DNA of 64,000 nt from a virus, in the IMG/VR virus record IMGVR_UViG_3300046779_002131, positions 33,543 to 97,542 of that record, one strand, 5' to 3'. Below the pieces are notes generated by a model. The model saw nothing but the letters and a program-made list of their open reading frames with translations. It had not been told where the DNA came from and made no database searches. Made by a program: the position numbers and the translations under genes. Positions 46,436 through 56,408 of the stretch are shown in pieces (the first letter of the stretch is position 1; each line of letters opens with the position of its first letter).

Positions 46436-47065
46436 ATGATTGAAACATCTACTCTAGTTCTTAGCCCGGGGCGTACCGGATCAGTGTTGCTGGCGCAAAA
46501 CTTATCCAAGCTGTTTTACACCTCGGGCCAAATTCAATACTACACCGAACCCCAAGATCCGCAACAGTTGAAATTCACTAGATCTATTGCACACAGTCAT
46601 CTGTTGTTTTTGCCTGAACAACTACAGGGCATAACAGTGTTCTATAGTGTGCGCAGAGATTTACAGGCCGCACTGCTCAGTCATTACATTGCCAGCGTAA
46701 CGAATCTCTATCACTTGACTCCTCAAGAAACTCGTCCTGATATTGCTCCCATTGAAGTGAACTCAGTGTGGATGGAACAGATCATACAGCAACATCAACA
46801 GTGGTATCAGCACTATCAATCTCAGTTAACTGATCAAAGTCGTGTGATTGTCTATGAAATGATGGTTGATCATTTGGATCCGCAGTCTGTGGGATATCAG
46901 AGACTGTATCCAGACAAAGCCGATTTAATAACTAACTATGCAGATGTTGTGGATTGGTTGAATCGACGTGTGCCCGACTCGTTAAAGCAGGCACACGGTG
47001 ACTTTATTGACTATGAGATTCGGCCAACTCAGGGGATGTATCGCTGGGCTGCAGGGATTCGCTAG
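46436..47065 (+). CDS. Sulfotransferase-like (Stf0-like) protein
   Basis: LSPGRTGSVLL, RRDL.A.LLS, IVYE. Confidence 0.6.
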   Translation: MIETSTLVLSPGRTGSVLLAQNLSKLFYTSGQIQYYTEPQDPQQLKFTRSIAHSHLLFLPEQLQGITVFYSVRRDLQAALLSHYIASVTNLYHLTPQETRPDIAPIEVNSVWMEQIIQQHQQWYQHYQSQLTDQSRVIVYEMMVDHLDPQSVGYQRLYPDKADLITNYADVVDWLNRRVPDSLKQAHGDFIDYEIRPTQGMYRWAAGIR

Positions 47066-47333
47066 GTTTCTCAGTTTCAATAACATAACCATTTTCTTGA
47101 GCCAGACGTTTGATTGTGGATTCATAGTGGGTTATGAAGTATGTGAGAAAACGCTCCCAATCACGAGGCTTGGCTTCTCCATCAATCACGGCTTTTTCAA
47201 CTTGCCGTAATCGAAAATCCATGATCACACTGGCACATTGTATGTGTGTGCGACGTATGTTTTTGGTGACTTCAATTTGTTCGTCAATTTGCCCATTGGG
47301 TTTACGTAGATAAGTTACAATAAAATAACGCAT
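47004..47333 (-). CDS. Hypothetical protein
   Basis: 109-aa ORF coupled to the clamp loader gene. Confidence 0.7.
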   Translation of the reverse strand: MRYFIVTYLRKPNGQIDEQIEVTKNIRRTHIQCASVIMDFRLRQVEKAVIDGEAKPRDWERFLTYFITHYESTIKRLAQENGYVIETEKPSESLQPSDTSPELAESHSQ

Positions 47334-48259
47334 TAGTCTCTCAGTTGTGAAAGTTCAATAAGTGTTGCGGCTAGATTAATTTCATGATCTGCCACAAAAC
47401 TTGAATTTACCAATCCATTGCGTATAATCACAATGGCCTGATCTTGGCGCTCGGTATCTTTGCTCCAGAGTTCAATGTTGTCATACATCCATCGAAATAC
47501 GTCTTCCATTTCTTCAGGACGTGCGCTGGCACAGAGCACTTTTCTAGCTTCGATGATTCTGCCGTGTTTGAAATGATCTACCACAGACAATTTCCAATCA
47601 TCGCTGCCACCGGCTTCATCGCCTAGGGGAGTAGACAGTGTTCCTGTGGTTGAATTCATCTGACAATTATTCAAACACTTACGTAGATCTGGGTATGTGG
47701 ACTTTACATAGGTATCTAAGGTATCAAGATCAAACTCAACGCTCTCAGATACAAGAACAGTAGCCACGCGAGCAGTAAACTCTGTAACATCAACTCGTTC
47801 AATATGAAATCCTTGACACCTGGAATGCAAAGCAGGAATAATACGGTTGGGATAATTGCAAGTAAGGATAAATCTAGCACTGGCATGATAAGTCTCCATA
47901 ACTCCGCGCAGGGCAGCTTGACCATTGGGCGAAATATAATCAGCTTCGTCAAGTAAAACTATCTTGAAATTACCAAACGGCATTGTTTGCACAAAACCAG
48001 TGATGCGATCCCTAATAGTGTCTACTGAGTTTTCACGTGATGCATTGATTTCCAGCACATCATATTCGTCAATATTTAATTGATTGATCAGTATCTTGGC
48101 CAGTGTGGTTTTGCCCACGCCCGGCGCACCAGAGAACAACAGGTGTGGAATGGAGCCACTGTCAATCCAGTTTTGTATCTGCTGTCGTTGTGCTGCGTCG
48201 CGGAAAACGTATTCCTCAACTGTGTTGGGTCTGTACTTCTCGGTCCAAAGTTCTTTCAT
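47333..48259 (-). CDS. Sliding-clamp loader subunit (RFC small / T4 gp44-like)
   Basis: LWTEKYRP, GAPGVGKT, INAS, LLDEAD, SRC, DLRK. Confidence 0.93.
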   Translation of the reverse strand: MKELWTEKYRPNTVEEYVFRDAAQRQQIQNWIDSGSIPHLLFSGAPGVGKTTLAKILINQLNIDEYDVLEINASRENSVDTIRDRITGFVQTMPFGNFKIVLLDEADYISPNGQAALRGVMETYHASARFILTCNYPNRIIPALHSRCQGFHIERVDVTEFTARVATVLVSESVEFDLDTLDTYVKSTYPDLRKCLNNCQMNSTTGTLSTPLGDEAGGSDDWKLSVVDHFKHGRIIEARKVLCASARPEEMEDVFRWMYDNIELWSKDTERQDQAIVIIRNGLVNSSFVADHEINLAATLIELSQLRD

Positions 48260-48656
48260 ATATTCTCTGCCTTAGTTCGCTGGTGGAAAAACTGTGTTGC
48301 CTACGATTATAATAGATTGTAATGTTTTTGTCAACGCAAATCTGCTTGCCGGTAAAACTTTTTTGTAGATAATCTTCTCCGATTATACGCACATCAATTT
48401 GGTAAGTGAGCAAAATATCCTCGACATCCTTTTCTGTGGCGTAGGGGATAATCTCGTCAATGTACTTGCAGGCTCGCAATTGAACATAGCGTTCAAACAC
48501 TGTTTGTATGGGTCGGTTCTTTTCGGGACGATCTATTGTGGGATCGGTTTGTAGACCCACTATCAAATAGTCGCACTGTGTTTTTGCTTCTTTGAGCATG
48601 GCCACATGCCCGGCGTGAAATAAATCAAAACAACTAAATGTTATGCCCACTTTCAT
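48216..48656 (-). CDS. Glycerol-3-phosphate cytidylyltransferase-like (TagD family)
   Basis: FDLFHAGH, LIVGLQTD, ER..QL..C..IDEI, RRQHSFSTSELR. Confidence 0.88.
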   Translation of the reverse strand: MKVGITFSCFDLFHAGHVAMLKEAKTQCDYLIVGLQTDPTIDRPEKNRPIQTVFERYVQLRACKYIDEIIPYATEKDVEDILLTYQIDVRIIGEDYLQKSFTGKQICVDKNITIYYNRRQHSFSTSELRQRIYERTLDREVQTQHS

Positions 48657-49617
48657 TGGGTAGTATTCCTTGATCAAGATATTTGTGGAAGCTCAACCTA
48701 TTGGTTGCAGTTCCACGATTGTACTGCTGCCAGGTGTCACCACCAATGCCAAAAATCACACACGGACTGGGCCAAACTCCCAGTTGGTCACAAAACAGAG
48801 TTTGTGTTTTGACATATTGGTTGTAGCAGTAATCTGCTGAGTAGTTTGCCAATAAAAAATCCCCAAGACCGCACGCAAACCGATTGACATATCCAGATTT
48901 TTGTAACACAAACCCAGCATCGTCGTCGTCCACACGAGTGAGGCGCATACCTATTCTAGCATGTGCCACAGGAAAGGTCTTACTGAGGCTGAATGCAATG
49001 TCAGTGATACAGGGATTAGACACATCAAGTATCATTCCAGAGCACAGTCCAAAGTAAGCACAGTCTATTAGCACCGGAACGCCCAGCCGATTACATTCGG
49101 CGAGCACTGGTATTTGTAATTTGTGAGTGGCTCCGGTGTCAGCAAATGGGCAGCTTATGACCACAGCGTCGTTGGCATCAAGATCAGCATCCTCAAGAAA
49201 CGCCCATCGATCAGGCCAGGATCGGCGCCAGGTCAGCTGATGATACATGTATTCTCCACGGAAGCATCTAAATCTGCGACTATGATTGCGCATGTAGAAC
49301 TTATCAAATGCTTCAGTGGTGCCATGTGTGGCCACACCACAGGGAAAATCATCAAGCCCTATCCAGGTGTTTGATTGAGTTTCTTTTATCCAATATCCAT
49401 AAGAGTCAACAAATTTTTCATGTACGTGTTCGTCCCCAAGATCAAATTGGAAATTTTGATTGATATTGCTTATGATATCGGCATTTTGAACAGGTCCTGC
49501 CCCACCATAGGGTTTGTCCTTGTGATGCGGGACCTGATACTTAACCGTTGATTGCGTCACTGATTGTGTCGTCGCTTTGTGGCTCATCGCTGACCAGCAG
49601 GATGTCTTTGGGATCAA
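48634..49617 (-). CDS. PLP-dependent aminotransferase-fold protein (start uncertain)
   Basis: GTTEAF, IDCAY, FSLSK.F.....RIG. Confidence 0.75.
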   Translation of the reverse strand: MIPKTSCWSAMSHKATTQSVTQSTVKYQVPHHKDKPYGGAGPVQNADIISNINQNFQFDLGDEHVHEKFVDSYGYWIKETQSNTWIGLDDFPCGVATHGTTEAFDKFYMRNHSRRFRCFRGEYMYHQLTWRRSWPDRWAFLEDADLDANDAVVISCPFADTGATHKLQIPVLAECNRLGVPVLIDCAYFGLCSGMILDVSNPCITDIAFSLSKTFPVAHARIGMRLTRVDDDDAGFVLQKSGYVNRFACGLGDFLLANYSADYCYNQYVKTQTLFCDQLGVWPSPCVIFGIGGDTWQQYNRGTATNRLSFHKYLDQGILPNESGHNI

Positions 49618-49906
49618 TTTTTCTTATGGTTTTAACACCGTCGTGGTCTTCGATTTCAACACCACGAGTCCAGCGTCCATGTACAACAAGTATCCAATCT
49701 CCGGGCTGGACATCTTGTTGTTCGGGACCGGTTAGATATACCTGTGCCCAACGAGGTCTAATACCCGATGACTTGGCGTTATCGCCCAGCAATATGATAC
49801 CCGAACTTAGAGTTCGTCCTTTGAACTGCATGTCGGATACTAGTACTGAATCCTTGAGTACTTCTAAATTTTTAACATGATGTGCTTTGAAACTAAATTT
49901 TGTCAT
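49541..49906 (-). CDS. GroES-like co-chaperonin
   Basis: LKDSVLV, SSGIIL, V..TGPEQQDVQPGD.ILV, IDPKDIL. Confidence 0.85.
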   Translation of the reverse strand: MTKFSFKAHHVKNLEVLKDSVLVSDMQFKGRTLSSGIILLGDNAKSSGIRPRWAQVYLTGPEQQDVQPGDWILVVHGRWTRGVEIEDHDGVKTIRKIDPKDILLVSDEPQSDDTISDAING

Positions 49907-50133
49907 TTTGGCTTTCTTTGTTGTGATACAGGATCGTTATTCATTGTTTGTTTGGAATAATGTCTACGAACCTGTGCAGCTTTGGTATCAATGGGCTGGT
50001 TGAATGCATCAACAACATCACCGCGAGCATTGACACCCATGTTACCTACGGCTTTGACATCTTCGTTCCTTAACACCAAAGCGCCTAGGTCAACAACTTT
50101 GCCCTGTGCCGAGCGATATGTTTTCTTTGTCAT
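49903..50133 (-). CDS. Hypothetical phage protein
   Basis: YRSAQGK.VD...AVGNMGVNARGD; AGGAG RBS. Confidence 0.75.
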   Translation of the reverse strand: MTKKTYRSAQGKVVDLGALVLRNEDVKAVGNMGVNARGDVVDAFNQPIDTKAAQVRRHYSKQTMNNDPVSQQRKPK

Positions 50134-50154
50134 AATAGACTCCTAAAATCATAT

Positions 50155-50676
50155 TTAACGCAAAAATTCACGTGGATTTAAATCATAGAACATAGAGTCA
50201 ATGCGATGTACACCCATCAAATATAGCACATAACTAGCCACACTCGAACCACGCCCCACACCCCAAATTACACGATTTTTACGCAGCACATCCACAAGGT
50301 ATTTTAGATATCGCAAAAGATCAAACATATTGCGTTCTTGAAACAACAACAGTTCTTCGCCCACACGTTGCAGTTCAGCTTCGCTTTGGCATAGACCAAG
50401 AATGTATTCAGCAATATCCAATTGTTTGTATTCGTTGGGCATGTGCCAATTTTTCTGCAACAATGCATCGTAGTCTGGTACCTGCATGTCACTGTTGTGC
50501 GGGAAGTTATAGGGCACAAATGCCGGCACATTTTCAATGTAATAGGCCATAGTTTCTATATCAACGGATTGATCAACAACAATGTTTTTCAGTGTATTAA
50601 TATCTCGACCTTGCATAACAAGATCAAATACATCGTTTTGATCTAAGATAATTTCACCAAATTGGTTAGTTGTCAT
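50155..50676 (-). CDS. DNA polymerase III alpha (DnaE)-like fragment
   Basis: R..EE.........YL...V...R...V.WGVGRGSSVASYVLYLMGVH.ID; ends at EFLR. Confidence 0.82.
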   Translation of the reverse strand: MTTNQFGEIILDQNDVFDLVMQGRDINTLKNIVVDQSVDIETMAYYIENVPAFVPYNFPHNSDMQVPDYDALLQKNWHMPNEYKQLDIAEYILGLCQSEAELQRVGEELLLFQERNMFDLLRYLKYLVDVLRKNRVIWGVGRGSSVASYVLYLMGVHRIDSMFYDLNPREFLR

Positions 50677-51280
50677 TGCGTGTGAAGTCTGGAAAAATTA
50701 CGTTTGATGATTCGCTGTCAGCAGATTCAGTACGTTGGTTGGTGGACCAGTGTAAATCAAGTTCTTGCCAGTCAGTGTCGGGAATGATTTTAAATACCTT
50801 GACATCTCTGCTGATCTTTTTAATGTCCACATGCAATAGATTACTCTGACTCCACCAGCCGGGTTCTTCAAAAATACCCAGGGATTCCAGGAAATTGTGT
50901 TTGTACCAAACATCTCCACCGAGTATACTAGACACTTCAACTTCGACAATTGTTAAATATTCATCAACAATAGCATTGAATTTACTAAACAACATCATAC
51001 CAATAATCTGATCCACAGGTTCTTCGGGCAATGTAGTTACCGAACACCCAGCTTCAATCAAAGCTTTTATCTGATCAGTGTTGTCTTGATGTATAAAAAT
51101 TGTACTATCAAGTTGATCATTTACAAAGTATTTGATTCTATCTAGAGCAATGTTGTGGTCTTCAGTACTGTCAGTATTGGTAGTAAAATGCAGTATAATA
51201 TCATAGGTGTTTAATTTCAACTGGCTTCGGTACCAAATACCGGCCTGTAGAGTCATGTCGTATCGTAGTCTAACGTTCAT
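50666..51280 (-). CDS. Hypothetical phage protein
   Basis: 204-aa ORF in the operon. Confidence 0.75.
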   Translation of the reverse strand: MNVRLRYDMTLQAGIWYRSQLKLNTYDIILHFTTNTDSTEDHNIALDRIKYFVNDQLDSTIFIHQDNTDQIKALIEAGCSVTTLPEEPVDQIIGMMLFSKFNAIVDEYLTIVEVEVSSILGGDVWYKHNFLESLGIFEEPGWWSQSNLLHVDIKKISRDVKVFKIIPDTDWQELDLHWSTNQRTESADSESSNVIFPDFTRNDN

Positions 51281-51510
51281 TTTACGTCAATCTTAGTGTC
51301 AAAGTCAAAGCCACTGGATTCTTTTGCTTGATCCTGTAGCTTTTTTTGGTATGTGCTTTGATAACTTTCCAAAGCCATTATCAATTGCTGTGCCATATGA
51401 CCGTGATTCATACGCATAGCCCAGGAGAGCTTTTGTTGAAGATCAGAAATTTTAGTTGACAAGTCGTCAACTGACATCTGATCTAAACCATGTATAAGTG
51501 GATGTTCCAT
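51277..51510 (-). CDS. Small coiled-coil hypothetical protein
   Basis: 77-aa ORF. Confidence 0.7.
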   Translation of the reverse strand: MEHPLIHGLDQMSVDDLSTKISDLQQKLSWAMRMNHGHMAQQLIMALESYQSTYQKKLQDQAKESSGFDFDTKIDVK

Positions 51511-51548
51511 AAAATAAAAAGCCCTTGTGCTAGTGTAGCAACAAGGGC
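51511..51548 (-). terminator. Intrinsic terminator after the structural operon
   Basis: GCCCTTGT-GCTA...TAGC-A-ACAAGGGC hairpin plus T-run on the minus strand. Confidence 0.7.
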
Positions 51549-51560
51549 AGTAAAAGTCAA
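51532..51560 (-). promoter_or_regulatory. sigma70-like promoter
   Basis: TTGACT (51560-51555), 17 bp, TACACT (51537-51532). Confidence 0.6.
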
Positions 51561-51569
51561 CTGTTTTGA

Positions 51570-52466
51570 TTAACTAAAGCCGCACCCGTTGTTGCCAATA
51601 CAAAACCATTTGCCATTGATATATTGTAGGGTACAACTGATACCCAGACCGTTTAGAGCCAATGTTCCTGATCCCGAAGTTTTCCAACCTGCACTGGAAA
51701 CAGTGACCACCATAGCACCGCCATAGCTTTCCATGACCAGGACTTTGATTTGGCCTTCATCGCCATCGGCTAGAGTAGCAGTTTCTGAAGTAACAGTGTT
51801 GAAACGGCTAGTTGTAGTTGTCAATGAAATTGGTGCCGACGCAGCAACGTCCTCGGTGCTTGGCAACCAAATTGGATCTCGATTACGATTTAGGTCAAAA
51901 ATACTAATTGTACTACCACCATTGGAACTTACAAATTCAAATTCAAATGTTCCCGGTGTAGAGAATGTTATAGTATTTGTTGAAGTGTTAAGACCTTGTA
52001 CATTGTTGGTGCCAACACTGACAGCACCGGGCAATGTCAAGGTATTGGTACCAGGTACATAACTACCAGGAATGGTAATTTGCACTCGTACTATACCAGC
52101 TGTGGCAATTGGAAAATTGGTAAATGTCAGACTAATAGCACCACCACTGGTCATGGTTTGATAATGCGCCACTGCATAGTTAATTGTCACGGTTCCTGAT
52201 GTTGTACCGTGATCATATTTGGTAGCTGAAAAGTTAGCAATAACTGCTGAACTTAGTCCTGACCCGCCCATGTCATTGTCAAGAACAGTGCCTGACAGAG
52301 CTGCTTTTAATACTGCTTTGGCTTGAATATCGGAAATTTCTGAACCCGCGTATTCAAAGTTTGTTTTGATATTTGTGAAGTTATCACGAAAACCCTGCGA
52401 ATCGTTGTCTTGTCCAGCTACTGGATAAGCACCGTTAATGTTGTTTGGGTTAATTGCACTTGTCAT
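51570..52466 (-). CDS. Virion structural protein (tail/baseplate-associated)
   Basis: YPVAGQDNDSQGFRDNF N-terminus; Thr/Ser/Gly beta-rich. Confidence 0.7.
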   Translation of the reverse strand: MTSAINPNNINGAYPVAGQDNDSQGFRDNFTNIKTNFEYAGSEISDIQAKAVLKAALSGTVLDNDMGGSGLSSAVIANFSATKYDHGTTSGTVTINYAVAHYQTMTSGGAISLTFTNFPIATAGIVRVQITIPGSYVPGTNTLTLPGAVSVGTNNVQGLNTSTNTITFSTPGTFEFEFVSSNGGSTISIFDLNRNRDPIWLPSTEDVAASAPISLTTTTSRFNTVTSETATLADGDEGQIKVLVMESYGGAMVVTVSSAGWKTSGSGTLALNGLGISCTLQYINGKWFCIGNNGCGFS

Positions 52467-52480
52467 AAATCTGTCCTAAA

Positions 52481-55400
52481 TTATTCTAAAATATTCCGCT
52501 TGGGAAACACGAGGTATTTATCGTACTGATTAGTGTTGGTATAGTTATCAACAGGGGCAATAAATTGCAAGCTGTTGAAATCAAATATTGTTGTTACACC
52601 GCTACCAATTTCAATGTCAAACGTAGCACCGGTTCCTGTGCCAATTAGGTTAGTGCCTGGTACATTGTAGAACTTCTGTGTCAAAGCCTGGAAATTTGCT
52701 GTTCCAACTAAATCATAGTAAAGAATGGTTCCATTTTCGTCGACTTGAAGCACAGTCACAGTCATGTCATTTACGCCAGTAATACCACCCAAACTTGCTC
52801 CGGGCACTAGGATCTTATCGTTGACTCGGTAATTTGCCCCACCGTTGAATATCACACTTGATCCATCATAGGGCTGTGTGCGATAATGATAGTCATGATC
52901 AAACGTAGTTGCAGCAGGTTTTGGTACCCAGGCTCCGCCAGTGCTGTCGTAGATTGGATCCCAGTTTTTGCTTAACAATCTTCCTAGTTCGTATCGATCA
53001 ACTTTGAAATCTACTCGGTTCAGTTGGTCACCGTAGTATCTATTGATATTGTAGATAATCTGTGCTGATGCTCCGGGTTTGACATAAGCAATGACCCAAG
53101 CCGGGGTAAATCCCAGTTGACGGCCATTGGCCTGAATGCTGGTCATCCAAAGTGGTAGAACTGTGTTGTCTTGACCAATGTTTTCAATGATTTGATCTCG
53201 CATGTTAATCAAACTATTGGGATACACTACATTTGTTATGGTACTACCATCTTCAGCTACAATGGGATATGGCCAAGTCACTGCTTTGCTGACACTTTGA
53301 CCTTGGTCATTAACTAAGTTGTCAATGACCTCACTGTAGATAACTTCATAGATAACATTGCCTGCAGAGTCTGTGGCCTGAGCACTGGTAATAGTTCCCA
53401 GGACCAGTTGTTTCCAATAATGATTTTCGTACAATGCACGAACATAGTCTTCGACAATACTTGCAGTTAGGCCATAGATATGATAGTAAACAACTTTTTC
53501 TGCTACACCAAAGTTTGGATCGTTCTGACGATAGATTAGATCAGGTACAAAAATTGTCCGGTCTTGTAGTAAGTTGTTGACCAATTGAATGCTGTTTTCC
53601 GGTGGCATTGCCTGGATATAAATGTCCTGCAACGGAGCATTGAATTTGCGGTTGACTTTTATAGTAAATTGTTTGGTATCGCTGATTAGGAATTGACTTT
53701 GAGCCAGTACCATGTTTGCAGTCAAACTTGCACCATGTCCAGGACCACCAATGTCAACCACTGTGATCACAGCTTGAGACCGATACCCAAATCCTGGATT
53801 ATCAACTGCTACACTGACAATTTGTCCATACTGCACTATCACTTGACCGGCTTCGGCAGTAATTGAAGTTGTGCCTTCGGGCGTGCTAAATGTCACTCTT
53901 GGATTTACATATCCCGATCCGGGATTTTGCACAGTGACACTTTCAACTTTGTAAATTATATCTTGTACCGAAGGTGAATATGCATTGACATAGAAATTGT
54001 AAGTAACATCAAAAGTTGTAGGCCCGGGTAATCCACGCAAATTTACATCAAATGTTGTGGTGCCATTGTCAATGGTAAAGGTATTGTAGCTGACAGTGCC
54101 AGCAATTTCACCTGTAGGCAATAACGCCAGACCCTGTGGTAATTTGCTGTTGCTTCCAGGGGATAACCGATAATTTAATTGAGATCCAGAAGGATTTATA
54201 GCTTCTACAGCCAACAAACTTATGCTACCATTATTGATTGTACCTAGGTCAGCAGGAGTAAGCCAGTTCACACGTTTGTCAACACCAACTATCAGAGTCA
54301 AGGTATAAAAATAATAATCACTGATAATATCTGGTTCGTAATATTGCCTTACACGCAGAGCAATGGTATAAGTGACTTCACTCTGTCCCAGCGCAGGAAT
54401 GTATCCGTAGAGCCATCCTGAATTAGGATCAAGAGTCAAACCAGGCGGCAATGTCCAATTGTCTCCGGGTTCATCTCTAATAGTCACAACATACTCAATG
54501 CGTTGAGCATCAAGATCTACACCATTGAACTGGTATGCGAACCAATTGTCATGTGTGACTGTTCCAATGCTGCCCTGTGGATTTGTTAAGAATGGTACTC
54601 GATTGTTGGATTGATCTGCGGTGATAATAGTGTTGTCGGCAGTGATATAATCATTGTCAGCAGTGAGTGCGTCGCGGCTTTGAACAAATATTTCAAATGT
54701 TCTTAGATCACTAGAAACACCATCTGTTATCTCTACAGTGAATTGGTAATTCTTACTGACACTTTTGATTAGATAATCGTAGCCGTAGACATCGTCAGGA
54801 GTCAAATCATAACCAGGAGGCTCGTTGATTACTGGCTCTGGTTGCAGGATACCGTATATTTCTCCTTGTGGACTTAAGATAAGTCCCGGAGGAAGAGATC
54901 CACCAGCTAATTGTATATCAATGATGCCTACTGGATCAATAAAAGTCAGTTGTATTGGTGTAATTTCTTCGCCGTCGTAAAAGGCTCCAATTAAACCTGC
55001 AGGTGTCAACCATCTTGGTAATCCGCGACCGCTGATAGTTAAATTAAATGTTCTATCGGCTACTTGATCTGGTACAGTTACTCCATTGACAACTTTTTGT
55101 GTGTAAGCTCGTAATGTAAATTTTGAAGTGGTATCACTGACTGTGCCGGTGGTAATTGTAGGTACTCCAGCAATTTGTCCAGTCTTAATCAGCTGTAGAC
55201 CCGAAGGCAACGTTCCAGCCAACAACGAATAATAAACAGTTTCGGTGCCAGACGTAGCTTCGATGGGTATCTGATAGAATACTCCCTGTGCAATAGTGCC
55301 AAGAGTCCCGGCTGGCGTTGACCAAGTTAATCCAGCTGCTGCTGGCGGCGCAGTAATCTGTGCCGAACCAAACAACACATCGCCTATAATATAGGGATAC

Positions 55401-56407
55401 TCGGGATTTCCGCTGTCATCTTCGGTAGCAAAATAGGCATAGGTACCATTGGGATATTCAGGGGTAACACAAAAACGACCATTGCGTTGATCAAGTGTAC
55501 CTCCGTTGTTTTTACTGTAGGTATAATCTTCTACGAATATGCCCAAGGGCCAAGACCCATCTAAACTTTGATTTTGTGTGACAGTTACTCGTTGATCTAA
55601 TGTAATAAAATTATTGTTTTTGCTTAGTACCTTGGCCACACCATGAAACCCTGGTGCTGTTATTTGTAGGCCAGGCCAGGCCACATCAGGATTTTGCAAA
55701 CAAATGGTATTGGTTTTAGCAAAGTTTCCACGTACTTTAAGAATAGGATTGCTGGGTCTATTGGTCTGCGTTGCTAGTTGATAATTGCTACGCATTTTAA
55801 TAGTAATACTGTTGGCACTGTTGGGATCTTGATATCCATATGGACCATAAATTGGATACCCGTCAATGGCCCAACCTATAATTTTGCTGTGTCCGTCAAC
55901 ATGGCGATACCCGTCAATGAATCCGGGGATGTCTTGCCAGGCATTGGCATTGATAAACTTAGAAACGTTGTATTGATAAACTCCATTGGGTGTGGTGAAA
56001 CCACCGTACTGATCTTGGCCAGTTATATTGGCCACTACACTGTTAAGTGTCCAAAAAGTTCCACGATTACCAGCAACAACTTGATCTAACTCAGGACCAT
56101 AAATCAACAATCCTACTGCACTTACACCAATAGGTCCACGTGTAGGTCTACGCTCAGGGCGCGGCGCCGAAATATTTTCTCCACCTCGATAAGGCCAAAG
56201 AAGATTTACAATTTGAGATTGAATACTATTGGGATTTATATTGTTTGGAAACGTTCCAGTTTTTACAAGACCTGGTAAGTCTTTGCCGGTGATCTTCCAA
56301 CTGTAACCGTTGGCTTGTACTGCCGCAGTGACTTGGCCAGGTACTCCGTTTCCAACGATGCTGTCCACAGGATCGTAAGTGGTTGTAAGTAGCATTGGCA
56401 CTGCCAT
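52481..56407 (-). CDS. Baseplate-like protein: N-terminal YHYH-like domain plus Ig-like repeats
   Basis: HSKIIGWAIDGYPIYGPYG, LDQRNGRFCVTPEYPNGTYAYF; repeated W.TPAG.LG / G.LP.GL.L...G.I.G. Confidence 0.72.
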   Translation of the reverse strand: MAVPMLLTTTYDPVDSIVGNGVPGQVTAAVQANGYSWKITGKDLPGLVKTGTFPNNINPNSIQSQIVNLLWPYRGGENISAPRPERRPTRGPIGVSAVGLLIYGPELDQVVAGNRGTFWTLNSVVANITGQDQYGGFTTPNGVYQYNVSKFINANAWQDIPGFIDGYRHVDGHSKIIGWAIDGYPIYGPYGYQDPNSANSITIKMRSNYQLATQTNRPSNPILKVRGNFAKTNTICLQNPDVAWPGLQITAPGFHGVAKVLSKNNNFITLDQRVTVTQNQSLDGSWPLGIFVEDYTYSKNNGGTLDQRNGRFCVTPEYPNGTYAYFATEDDSGNPEYPYIIGDVLFGSAQITAPPAAAGLTWSTPAGTLGTIAQGVFYQIPIEATSGTETVYYSLLAGTLPSGLQLIKTGQIAGVPTITTGTVSDTTSKFTLRAYTQKVVNGVTVPDQVADRTFNLTISGRGLPRWLTPAGLIGAFYDGEEITPIQLTFIDPVGIIDIQLAGGSLPPGLILSPQGEIYGILQPEPVINEPPGYDLTPDDVYGYDYLIKSVSKNYQFTVEITDGVSSDLRTFEIFVQSRDALTADNDYITADNTIITADQSNNRVPFLTNPQGSIGTVTHDNWFAYQFNGVDLDAQRIEYVVTIRDEPGDNWTLPPGLTLDPNSGWLYGYIPALGQSEVTYTIALRVRQYYEPDIISDYYFYTLTLIVGVDKRVNWLTPADLGTINNGSISLLAVEAINPSGSQLNYRLSPGSNSKLPQGLALLPTGEIAGTVSYNTFTIDNGTTTFDVNLRGLPGPTTFDVTYNFYVNAYSPSVQDIIYKVESVTVQNPGSGYVNPRVTFSTPEGTTSITAEAGQVIVQYGQIVSVAVDNPGFGYRSQAVITVVDIGGPGHGASLTANMVLAQSQFLISDTKQFTIKVNRKFNAPLQDIYIQAMPPENSIQLVNNLLQDRTIFVPDLIYRQNDPNFGVAEKVVYYHIYGLTASIVEDYVRALYENHYWKQLVLGTITSAQATDSAGNVIYEVIYSEVIDNLVNDQGQSVSKAVTWPYPIVAEDGSTITNVVYPNSLINMRDQIIENIGQDNTVLPLWMTSIQANGRQLGFTPAWVIAYVKPGASAQIIYNINRYYGDQLNRVDFKVDRYELGRLLSKNWDPIYDSTGGAWVPKPAATTFDHDYHYRTQPYDGSSVIFNGGANYRVNDKILVPGASLGGITGVNDMTVTVLQVDENGTILYYDLVGTANFQALTQKFYNVPGTNLIGTGTGATFDIEIGSGVTTIFDFNSLQFIAPVDNYTNTNQYDKYLVFPKRNILE

Positions 56408-56408
56408 T

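Noticed and set aside
47333-48259. MKELWTE as a packaging tag
   Set aside because: It is the ordinary RFC LWTEKYRP motif.
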